A stretch of 39,597 nucleotides of DNA from Desulfobacteraceae bacterium (GTDB lineage: Bacteria > Desulfobacterota > Desulfobacteria > Desulfobacterales > ETH-SRB1): positions 1 to 39,597 of the forward strand of contig VMSQ01000078.1 of the NCBI GenBank assembly GCA_013792055.1, given 5' to 3'. Position 1 is the first letter of the stretch; every line of letters starts with the position of its first letter. The position numbers and the translations under genes were made by a program. This document shows, piece after piece, positions 8,242-16,441 of this stretch. Under the pieces are notes generated by a model. The model did no database searches. It was not told the origin of the DNA and saw only the letters and a list, made by a program, of their open reading frames with translations.

Positions 8242-10875
8242 TCATGCCCCATTGTTTGGCCTCCCCTGGCTATTCTTGGGCCAAAAGGAAAGAAATCGTT
8301 TTCTGCCGCCACCATTACGCTCGCTCGTTTCAAAATATGTTTGTAATGAGCTTTTCAGGTTTCTCAAACGTTGAGCAAAAGCACGGGTCTTATCTTTATA
8401 CCAAAACTCAATTTCATTAACTTCAGCAATACCTGCAAGCTCCCTGCAAAGATCAGCGCTTGTCAATTCTCTACCGACATTTTTTCCATTATCCTTGGCA
8501 AGCCAAATGTCAATAAGGTCAAAAATCGGTTCTCCTTCAATAGTAAAAGAGGTTTGTTCATCAACAAGTTTTCTTAAGATGGAATTCATATGTTCTCCCC
8601 ATCCCTGGCAATAAGCTATTTTTAATGCAAAGTTGGCAAAATCAGCCATGCGGAACCCGGAAGAATATGTATCATTTTCCTGGTCACCAAGGCACTTAAC
8701 TATTTCCTGCAAATGTCCAATTATCTCGGTCATAATGCGATCCCGATTATCCAATAAATCTGCCGATAGTTGAGATTCAGGGACAAATGTTTCAAAACGT
8801 TGCACATAAAACAGCAACAACCGGTCTGCAACATCCTCACGTCGGAAATGCGGTGTGCGGGATGTTATTCCAAGAAAGGCTTTTACAGGGAATTCAACCA
8901 GGCGGTTTGTGGTATAGAGTTCACGCCGTTTGATGTTTCCGCCGGTTGCTACTACAGCCAACCGGTCATCAAGCCAGGAAATCTTTGTATCAGAATTATC
9001 AATAGCCACAAACGGTGTATTGGTTACAGCCGCATCAAAATCCTTTGGATCGTTTGATAGTTGCATAACATTGAAAGAGGGGCCAAAGAGAAGCTGCCCA
9101 ACTTTGCGAAGCGCAAATGTCTTTCCGCTACCTCGTTCCCCAATTACTGCCAGAATGGGTTTTGTGGGAAACAGTTCAGGAAAAAAAAGAGAATAAAACC
9201 ATATAAGAAAAAGCAGACGACGTTCTTTGATAGTGAGGCCGTCTTCACGAAAGGCCATTTGTGAAAGAATAATATCATCAAAAGCCGATCTGGCAGAGTC
9301 AGGTTCACCTGTTTTAAAGGGTGTCCACGTGGGATTATGCTGAAAAAGCACCCCGTCAGTTCCGTTATCCACCTGTTCTATCCGGTCAGCAGTAATGCGG
9401 TAAACTTGCTGGCCAAAATTAAAAACATAAAGCTTGTTGCTGCTCCGGTCATAGTATGTGAAAAAATGAACTTCTGTCCGCTGTCCATTCTCCATGGCCT
9501 CATGCCGCAAGGCATCAATCATATAGCGAAACAATGTTTCACTGGGCGCGACACCATATTTTATGAGAACCAATTCAAGATCCTGATTATCACTATCTAT
9601 CACCATCAGGTTTTTATTTGTCTCAAAGAAAAAATAAGAGGTCCTGCCGTCATAATAGAAACGGCCTCTTTTTTTGAGATCGGAGAGAATAATTTCTGCC
9701 GATTTTCGGTGCACCTCAAAGCTCTTCAATCCATCTTTACCACCACCCTCCCGTTGTCGTATCTGGTCTATTTCCCTTTTAAGAGCATCATATGGTCTAT
9801 CAAACAGTTTTCGTCCGGAAATAAGATTTTTAACCGCTTCATATGCCTTATCAATATCTGATTCAAACCCCCTGATAAAATCGTCTATATCTGAATCGGG
9901 GGCAGGCGTTGTAAAGGCCGTAACACTGACTTTTTCAAGCATAGATTCGACCAGTGCAAAGCCTGCTTCACTTACATCATTATCATAGCAAACCACGGGT
10001 GTTCGTGCCAGACGTTGGATCGTTTTCACATCGGCATTATTAACACCACCTACTGCACAAGCAAAAACGTAACCTCTTTCTGATGGGATACCATCCTTTT
10101 CAGCTTTTCGTACACATAGGGATTGCAACTGGAGCTGATTAAACTCCCCTTCGGTGACTATCAGCAGATCATTGAGATCTTTCATACTATCTGATACATA
10201 TGGCGTAAAAAGGCTGTGATTAAAGACCCCTCCAATCTTGGTGGGTTTAAAATAAGCAATGCGTTTACTAAACGGCTCTCTAAATCGAATTGAAACTATC
10301 CTGTGCTTTGCATCTGTATAAAAAAAGGCCAGCCAGCCAGCATGGTGCTGAATACACTTAGATAGTTTTGTCCTGGCCTCTACGAGGAAATCAAGTTGAT
10401 CTTGGGGAGTATAACCTTTGCTTTGACGGGGGCGGCCTTTTCCCTTCTTTTTTTCTGTTTCTGCCTTAACATCTGCCTCTGCTTTCTCAATATAAGGGGC
10501 AAATCGGGACGACAGGTCATAGGAGGAAGGAATTGCTCCCAGCATGGAATCGGCAATTACACGGGGATGAATGTGTCTTTCCTTGACGCAATACCCATAG
10601 GCGTTAGGATATTCAGCTTTGTCAAGGTCAAGCAGGGCCTTATGCATGTCTTTAAAAATTTCATCCAAAATTTCGTAGAGGATATTGCCTCGTTCAAATT
10701 CGGATTGATAAGGGGCAATGTAACGCCCGCATAAAGGATGAAAACATTTCCCAAGAGTGTCATCTTTTTTGATAGAAAAAGTTTGATGTTGGCAAAACGG
10801 ACATTCGACTTTTGCACCAGCATGCGCTGTAATACCATGTTTCTCGGAAAGAATAGCTGAAACAGTAAGATTCAT
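8242..10875 (-). CDS. Primase-helicase (zinc finger + Toprim + P-loop NTPase; P4-alpha/D5-like architecture)
   Basis: 877 aa. N-terminal CPFCQH...CFHPLCG. Toprim motifs VTEGEFN and CYDNDVSEAG. Walker A VIGERGSGKT in the C-terminal half. The start overlaps the upstream stop (ATGA). Confidence 0.8.
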   Translation of the reverse strand: MNLTVSAILSEKHGITAHAGAKVECPFCQHQTFSIKKDDTLGKCFHPLCGRYIAPYQSEFERGNILYEILDEIFKDMHKALLDLDKAEYPNAYGYCVKERHIHPRVIADSMLGAIPSSYDLSSRFAPYIEKAEADVKAETEKKKGKGRPRQSKGYTPQDQLDFLVEARTKLSKCIQHHAGWLAFFYTDAKHRIVSIRFREPFSKRIAYFKPTKIGGVFNHSLFTPYVSDSMKDLNDLLIVTEGEFNQLQLQSLCVRKAEKDGIPSERGYVFACAVGGVNNADVKTIQRLARTPVVCYDNDVSEAGFALVESMLEKVSVTAFTTPAPDSDIDDFIRGFESDIDKAYEAVKNLISGRKLFDRPYDALKREIDQIRQREGGGKDGLKSFEVHRKSAEIILSDLKKRGRFYYDGRTSYFFFETNKNLMVIDSDNQDLELVLIKYGVAPSETLFRYMIDALRHEAMENGQRTEVHFFTYYDRSSNKLYVFNFGQQVYRITADRIEQVDNGTDGVLFQHNPTWTPFKTGEPDSARSAFDDIILSQMAFREDGLTIKERRLLFLIWFYSLFFPELFPTKPILAVIGERGSGKTFALRKVGQLLFGPSFNVMQLSNDPKDFDAAVTNTPFVAIDNSDTKISWLDDRLAVVATGGNIKRRELYTTNRLVEFPVKAFLGITSRTPHFRREDVADRLLLFYVQRFETFVPESQLSADLLDNRDRIMTEIIGHLQEIVKCLGDQENDTYSSGFRMADFANFALKIAYCQGWGEHMNSILRKLVDEQTSFTIEGEPIFDLIDIWLAKDNGKNVGRELTSADLCRELAGIAEVNEIEFWYKDKTRAFAQRLRNLKSSLQTYFETSERNGGGRKRFLSFWPKNSQGRPNNGA

Positions 10876-11270
10876 GATCCAACCTCTTCAACTGCTTCGT
10901 CAGATTCATCACAGACCTGTCCATCATTCCGCCTCTCAATGTTTTGTGCAGCATCATTGGTTTTCGCCTCGGCCCACTCCTGCAGCACCCGGAAAAACCC
11001 GCTGATATTCTCCACCGCCTGCCGGGCTTCCTCTTGTGAAATCACCCTGCCGGTTCGGCTTTTGAATACCAAAATGGTCTGTTCAATAAGTTCCGGGCTG
11101 TATTGCGCCATTAGTCCACACCAAACAAAAAGACCCCGCAGAGGCTGGCCCGATAGAGCCCCTGCAGGGTCTGGATTCGCCTTTCGGCGAAAATAAAAAC
11201 GCCAGTTATCGGGCCAGCGTATTTGTACTTTCAAATACTTGGCCCCACAACCAGCGTGGAATTTCCACAA
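10872..11270 (-). CDS. Hypothetical protein (start uncertain)
   Basis: The track start is a TTG. The first in-frame ATG (MAQYSPELIEQ...) is at 11111. The stop overlaps the primase-helicase ATG (ATGA), suggesting translational coupling. Confidence 0.4.
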   Translation of the reverse strand: MWKFHAGCGAKYLKVQIRWPDNWRFYFRRKANPDPAGALSGQPLRGLFVWCGLMAQYSPELIEQTILVFKSRTGRVISQEEARQAVENISGFFRVLQEWAEAKTNDAAQNIERRNDGQVCDESDEAVEEVGS

Positions 11271-11293
11271 ACCGCATGGAATCGAAAAAATTA

Positions 11294-12535
11294 TTAGATG
11301 GTGATCCAGGAAATATCTGTTTCTGGAGCGTAAGAGAGATACTCTCCACGATTGATGGCATTAAGAAGGTGCTGCCATAAGGAGTGGTGATTTTTGTCTA
11401 TTGTTTTCAGGCTGCGGGTAATTGCTTCGGATACCGCATTGGCTTGCCTTTTGGTTTCATCGGGATTTTTCTTCAGCTTGCCGCCCATGCCTACTGCCTG
11501 CAGGAGCTGCTTTTCCAGCCCCTGTTTTTCCTTTAGTAGTTCTTTTTTCAGCAGAAGGTCTTCTGTCTCGTCGGCTTCCGCTAATTCGTTGTGGATATCT
11601 GTGAGCCGTTTACGATAATTGGCGACTGTTTCTTTGGTGGAAACTTCGCCGGAAGAAAATGACAGAACTTCTTTCCCTGGGGTTTCGGCAACCTTTACAA
11701 GTTCAGCAACATGGTACTCCTGAAAAGGGCTTCCAAGCAGGTAGGAGATATAGAGCAAACCTTTTGAATGCTTAAGGTACTTCGTCACGCCACCATAACA
11801 TAATGTCCACATTTGTCCTTCTTTCCTAAAAATATTTTCATCTGAAATATTCTTGCCGGTAGCTTTGGCTGCAGCATTTCGTGCATCATCTTTAGATATT
11901 AAATGCTCTAACATCTCACAATCGAAAGAGAGTGAATCATTATCAGGAAATATAAGCAACTGGCGTAATGAGAGAATTGCCCCTTGCTTTATTTCTTGAA
12001 AGCTATGTAGATCGGCAGCAACAAGAAAAAATGGGTGGGAATATTGTTCAAACAGGCCATCCTCAAGCGCAGAGTTCAACGCTTCATTGTTTGCAACAAA
12101 AATAGCGGATCGTCTTTTCCGGTTGATGGTAAGTGTGCCAAGATAATAGGCTTGATTCAAAACAATTTCATCGGGGACATAATCAGCGCCAAGAGCCGAT
12201 GCCAGTAAAGACACAAACCGGCCAACATCTATTTGCCACTGTTCAAGATCCGAAGGTTCGATCAGGATGCGGCCGGTATCCTCCCGCTTGTCGCAGGCAA
12301 TAAATATGCGGGCCGCTCTGCCGTCCTGGGTAGGATACACATTGACCGGCATCAGACAGGCTTCCTCGCAGCCGGTGCACTCGATAATCTTTGCTGGTGC
12401 GGCCTTTTTCAGAAGGTTGAGTCGCTTTAACTCTGCAACTTCACCCTGCGGCCAGGCTGCCAACACTTCGCTCGACAGTATCTCAGTCCCCTCACGGCCG
12501 ATGGCCGCGAACCGGTTTAAGATCAGTTCAAACAT
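11294..12535 (-). CDS. Hypothetical protein, 413 aa
   Basis: Long ORF with balanced composition. Cys cluster CTGCEEAC...ACD near the N-terminus. The C-terminal part has FRKEGQMWTLCYGG...KGLLYISYLLGSPFQEYHVAEL followed by a coiled-coil-like E/K-rich tail. It starts 5 nt after the upstream stop. Confidence 0.7.
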   Translation of the reverse strand: MFELILNRFAAIGREGTEILSSEVLAAWPQGEVAELKRLNLLKKAAPAKIIECTGCEEACLMPVNVYPTQDGRAARIFIACDKREDTGRILIEPSDLEQWQIDVGRFVSLLASALGADYVPDEIVLNQAYYLGTLTINRKRRSAIFVANNEALNSALEDGLFEQYSHPFFLVAADLHSFQEIKQGAILSLRQLLIFPDNDSLSFDCEMLEHLISKDDARNAAAKATGKNISDENIFRKEGQMWTLCYGGVTKYLKHSKGLLYISYLLGSPFQEYHVAELVKVAETPGKEVLSFSSGEVSTKETVANYRKRLTDIHNELAEADETEDLLLKKELLKEKQGLEKQLLQAVGMGGKLKKNPDETKRQANAVSEAITRSLKTIDKNHHSLWQHLLNAINRGEYLSYAPETDISWITI

Positions 12536-12540
12536 TCAGC

Positions 12541-13716
12541 TTATGTCTCTTCCTTGGGCTCAAGGCCGGAGGCAGCCAGCATCTTTCTTATGATCAGATC
12601 CCGGCCGTCCTGTTTCAGGTTGCAGGAGTTCGGGTACGTTATATCAAAACAGCGGGTCTTTTCCTTCAATGAACCGGTTGCCGGGCTGAAGAAAACCTTC
12701 AGGCCCAACTGGGTGATATTGTAGTTCGACAGCCTCATTGACGGATTCTGCAGTTTGTTCAGCAGGTCAAAAACAGCCTCGGGATTATACGTAGGGTCCG
12801 CTTCCAGGGTAATACGTTCCTTTCTGCCGACCATGCTGGCCAGACGCAGCTTGCACACCCGGACATCCTCAATGCCGATTGCCGGATCATAGACAAACTG
12901 AAAGTCCCTTTGTTTCAGAGGGTTGAGGTGGTAGACCTTCTCATCCTTTTTGTCCGGCCCCAAGGCAGTCTTCAGAATAATTTCAGCAAAAATCTTCTGC
13001 AGGTCCGGAACCGGTTTCTTGTTACTGCGCAGAAAAACCTCCAAAGTGCCGTCGGTCTGCGAGTATACAAAAATGACTTCAAAGGCGGGAGTGCGGGGAG
13101 GACGTTCAAACTTATTCTCAATCCATTCGATGTTTGCCTGGGCGTAGTCTTCAGGATAGGCAAAGAAGTAATCAAGATCGTCCCGCCGGTAACATTCGAC
13201 TATGCAGTTCTTGCCCCGGCCTTGTTTATGATAGAAATATTGACTGATCGCCTGCTCCAGCCGTTCAATGACTTCCGATTCAACCAGTGCAGGCTTTTTG
13301 GGAATATTTTTCCGCTTTCGCCAATACGATGCCGGGATGGTGTCAGCATAATGGAACTGGAGGGCTCCCTTCCAGTAAGTCTGCCGATTCAGAAAGGTCC
13401 AGAAGGCCCGATCATGAAAACTTTTCAGTTCAGAAAAAATCGGCCCCAGCTCTTCCTTATGCCAGTTTGCCTCGTCAATGATCGCCTTGGTACCACCTTC
13501 TGTGGCCAGACAATCAATTTCCCGGAGGTCCTTCTCAATATCGCTACGCTGCTTTTCAGGCAGCGCCAGCCATGCCTTATAAATCGTTTCGATCTTTGTT
13601 TCCGTGAGTTCCTTGAACTTTATTTCCGCCAACACCTCTTTTTCTTTGAAATACTGCTCAAGCAGTTTGTTTGGAGCCTGTCGGAAAAACCGTTTAGGAT
13701 TGTACTGTCGGGCCAT
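12541..13716 (-). CDS. Hypothetical protein, 391 aa
   Basis: Strong SD (AAGGAG, 6-nt spacer) before the ATG at 13716. Balanced composition. No motif I recognise. The 290-aa antisense ORF is L/F/R-rich shadow. Confidence 0.7.
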   Translation of the reverse strand: MARQYNPKRFFRQAPNKLLEQYFKEKEVLAEIKFKELTETKIETIYKAWLALPEKQRSDIEKDLREIDCLATEGGTKAIIDEANWHKEELGPIFSELKSFHDRAFWTFLNRQTYWKGALQFHYADTIPASYWRKRKNIPKKPALVESEVIERLEQAISQYFYHKQGRGKNCIVECYRRDDLDYFFAYPEDYAQANIEWIENKFERPPRTPAFEVIFVYSQTDGTLEVFLRSNKKPVPDLQKIFAEIILKTALGPDKKDEKVYHLNPLKQRDFQFVYDPAIGIEDVRVCKLRLASMVGRKERITLEADPTYNPEAVFDLLNKLQNPSMRLSNYNITQLGLKVFFSPATGSLKEKTRCFDITYPNSCNLKQDGRDLIIRKMLAASGLEPKEET

Positions 13717-13893
13717 AGGTCACTCCTTTTTTCTTCCTTCTGCAACCGCACCTCTACCCTGGTTTCGCTGTTCTCTGCCTGATAGAGGAGGATTTCTCCG
13801 CCGGTGGGCTCATTTTTCCGTGAACTGGAAAGCTTGTTTTTCTGTTTTTCTCACATTTTATCACAAAATGAAGGCTCGGAACATATGGCTTCG

Positions 13894-15516
13894 TTATGTC
13901 CCAAATAGTGGGACATGATTTTTTATACCGGCTGGGATAAATCGATAGCGAGGCTTTGATGGGCCACCACGTTCATAAAGAACAAAGTGGCCAGGCAGTC
14001 GAGCCATTACAAAATGATTAAGATCTCTTTGGGCGCCGGGCTTGATGTCGGATCTGATAAGAACTTCTCCAATCTTTCGACGATTTGCTGAAAAAAGTTC
14101 TGGAACAGAAAGTTCAATTAACCAATATAGCCGATCTTTAAGATAGTTTTTTAATACATTAATTATAACTTGTCTGATTCGGTTATTGTCCCAGTCACGA
14201 ACTTTTTGGAGGTAGTTAATATAGTCTCTACCGTTCGCAATTATCGGTCGCAAAACAAGCATATCAGTCTTTGAGTAGGACTCTAACCTTTTAGTCCATG
14301 AACTTTCATTGACTGGAGCTTGAGGTAATATGGTAAAAAGATAATCAACGCCGATAACTTCAGCACGTATCGGACTTACTTTGACTTCTTTAGGAACCGT
14401 TCCTATTACATAGGCAACACCTCCTGTTTCCATTGGACAAGTTTCTGGCATCTTATTTTTTAGTTGGTCACAAATTCGCTTTGTATTAAGATAGCCACGG
14501 GGTATGCAAAAATTTGAACCAAAATTATCATCATGACCAATAAACATGCTCAACCAGGATTCGCTGGGTATATATCGAGTACCGGCGCCGACCCGAAAAT
14601 AAGAAGACTCAGCACTGGGCACCCATGTGTCTTCATTAAATGTATGCCCGAATACAGGAATTGCATGAAAGTTATCCGCACTGAGTGTGGTTCCGAAAAT
14701 AATAATTGCAGGGAAGCCTGATTCAATGCTTCCATAAAGATATTTCTGAAAGGGAGCGGGGGCATTTTTTACTGTTACATAATCTGCCACAAAACATCGA
14801 GCTCCCGCTGCTTCAAGAATTTTAACCATTTCGGCTGAGCTGAGGCCCTCACCATCGTTACCCCCTGTTTTTTTATCGATATGATTTATCCCAACTATAT
14901 CATTCATCTCCCGGTACGACATATCGCCGTTTTTATGATATCGGGCAGCAACTGAGCGGATAGCTACATGAGCACATACGTTAGTAATGTTATTCTGTTG
15001 AGCATAAAGATAACCATCAACTGTAAACTCATTTCTCATAATTCGACAGGTCCAACTTTGAGCCCCGCGAACGAAGTTATTTGGATGACGGCTGGAGCCT
15101 ATGACCGATTCAAAAATTCTCGAGACTCTTGCCCGAGACGAAAATTCATCGGTTTTTACAATGGCATAGCCAATAAATTGGTTATTCTCGGCGGAAGCCA
15201 GGCCACGTTTTGAAGAAAAGGATTTCTTAAAAAAACTTAAACGAAATGATTTGCTCCGAACAAGGTCTGGATGACGTTTTCTGATATCATCATTTTCTTC
15301 ATCCAAGTCGTTAGCTGTGTCAATTTCTTCTATCACCATGGTCTCCCCGCCATGTTGCCTTACTTGTGACAGAAGACGCCTTAGCGAAGGTAAGTGATAA
15401 AAACGGGTATCAACAAAATCGAAAAAGGAAAAGGGTGAAGTTATGGGGAGTATCTCAAAACCTTTAATTGTCGTTGTAGTTCGTGCAAATGATCTCATTA
15501 TACAAAAAAAGCGCAT
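13894..15516 (-). CDS. Hypothetical protein, 540 aa (possible papain-fold Cys peptidase, weak)
   Basis: Long ORF in a visibly more AT-rich segment. YAQQNNITNVCAHVAIRS followed ~90 aa later by NFHAIPVFGHTFNED is reminiscent of a Q...C / H catalytic arrangement. This is pattern recognition only. Confidence 0.65.
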   Translation of the reverse strand: MRFFCIMRSFARTTTTIKGFEILPITSPFSFFDFVDTRFYHLPSLRRLLSQVRQHGGETMVIEEIDTANDLDEENDDIRKRHPDLVRSKSFRLSFFKKSFSSKRGLASAENNQFIGYAIVKTDEFSSRARVSRIFESVIGSSRHPNNFVRGAQSWTCRIMRNEFTVDGYLYAQQNNITNVCAHVAIRSVAARYHKNGDMSYREMNDIVGINHIDKKTGGNDGEGLSSAEMVKILEAAGARCFVADYVTVKNAPAPFQKYLYGSIESGFPAIIIFGTTLSADNFHAIPVFGHTFNEDTWVPSAESSYFRVGAGTRYIPSESWLSMFIGHDDNFGSNFCIPRGYLNTKRICDQLKNKMPETCPMETGGVAYVIGTVPKEVKVSPIRAEVIGVDYLFTILPQAPVNESSWTKRLESYSKTDMLVLRPIIANGRDYINYLQKVRDWDNNRIRQVIINVLKNYLKDRLYWLIELSVPELFSANRRKIGEVLIRSDIKPGAQRDLNHFVMARLPGHFVLYERGGPSKPRYRFIPAGIKNHVPLFGT

Positions 15517-15565
15517 AACATGATGCGCTTTCCCTTGTTTTCAGAGTAAAAGTAAATTGTTTTTT

Positions 15566-15757
15566 CTATTTGACAATAACAGAAGTTTTTCGTGATTTTG
15601 ACTCAAAATCATCTAAATTGCGCAAAAACTGTGGGACATCTTCATTACAAAAACGAATCTCTTTGTTCTGAACTTTTCCTTTAGCCTTTGAAGTCATTTG
15701 ATCCAATATTACTTTTCGGCTTTCTTTAAATGACATCGTTGCCTTAGGTTTAGACAT
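15566..15757 (-). CDS. Hypothetical small protein, 63 aa
   Basis: The ATG is preceded by GGGGAG with a 6-nt spacer. It ends 49 nt upstream of the 540-aa ORF on the same strand. Confidence 0.5.
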   Translation of the reverse strand: MSKPKATMSFKESRKVILDQMTSKAKGKVQNKEIRFCNEDVPQFLRNLDDFESKSRKTSVIVK

Positions 15758-15824
15758 GCTCGTCTCCCCTCAGTGTTTATTGTTCCGTTTTTTTTCATTA
15801 TTTCGATAACTAATGTTCTCGATG

Positions 15825-15851
15825 TCTATAAAAATTAGTTTAAATTGTCAA
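15825..15851 (-). promoter_or_regulatory. Candidate sigma70-type promoter for the 63-aa/540-aa pair
   Basis: The minus strand reads TTGACA (15851-15846), a 15-nt spacer, then TATAGA (15830-15825), about 70 nt upstream of the ATG at 15757. The spacing is suboptimal. Confidence 0.3.
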
Positions 15852-15993
15852 GGAAAATGTACTGATGGACGTTATGGACTTCATTTTCCCAGAGCAGATT
15901 CATACCTCCTTCGGTACGTTCCGCGTCTCCAACAGGTTGGCCGAAAGCTCGTAGCATATCCCATGACTTACTGCTGGTTGGCGGCAAGAAACT

Positions 15994-16039
15994 CATCCTT
16001 CACTTGATTTTTTGGCACAAGAATTGTATCCATCATTTC
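15994..16039. repeat. Repeat A (46 bp; partner A' at 35196-35241)
   Basis: 42/46 identical, same orientation. On the minus strand each copy begins a 22-23 codon ORF (MMDTILVPKNQVKDEFLAANQQ* and MIDTILVANNQVKDGFLQTVGIS*). Confidence 0.8.
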
Positions 16040-16123
16040 ATTATGGTAGATATTAACAATAAATAGAATTTCTTAAAAGAACGAATTTAATAACGATATC
16101 CCCATATATTGTATAACCAACAC

Positions 16124-16360
16124 CTAACTAACAAAATTTCGTATAGCTGCTATGCGTGTAACAAAATTGAAACGTTTTAATATTTGTGATATACAGACCC
16201 TATCTTTATAGAAATTGGCTGATTCTTGAGTGTCGGCTTTGGCAAGCTGTACGAGATAAATCCTGATTTTTCTTTTAATATAAGTTTTATCCGAAAATGC
16301 GCTATTGTAAACCTTGTGAACTAAAGATAACGTGTCTTCATTGTTGGAAAATTTGCGCAT
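16124..16360 (-). CDS. Hypothetical small protein, 78 aa
   Basis: MRKFSNNEDT...RVCISQILKRFNFVTRIAAIRNFVS. A related C-terminal fragment (ADRICISQILKRFNLLRC*) is found at 32952-33050, same strand. The start choice is uncertain. Confidence 0.4.
   Translation of the reverse strand: MRKFSNNEDTLSLVHKVYNSAFSDKTYIKRKIRIYLVQLAKADTQESANFYKDRVCISQILKRFNFVTRIAAIRNFVS
16159..16246. repeat. Repeat B (88 bp; partner B' at 32961-33047)
   Basis: Same orientation. The first ~37 nt are nearly identical (taacaaa(a)ttgaaacg(t/c)tttaatatttgtgatataca). By hand alignment the remainder matches at roughly 60-65 percent. Confidence 0.75.
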
Positions 16361-16441
16361 AATGTGAAGAATGAAGACACAGCCCCAATAGTTACGCAAT
16401 CTTTAAACTAAAATCAGGTTTTTTATTTAGGAGAAAAGTTC

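Noticed and set aside
8133-8333. 66-aa minus-strand ORF overlapping the primase-helicase 3' end
   Set aside because: It lies in an alternative frame of a well-supported gene and extends into the heptamer-repeat spacer. It has no RBS.
12910-13782. 290-aa plus-strand ORF antisense to the 391-aa gene
   Set aside because: The L/F/R-rich, low-complexity composition is typical of a shadow frame. The minus-strand frame has a strong SD, balanced composition and operon context.
16361-16399. Longer 91-aa version of the small ORF at 16124-16399
   Set aside because: The extra N-terminal codons (MRNYWGCVFILHI) look non-native. The internal ATG at 16360 is preferred, but the whole ORF remains low confidence.
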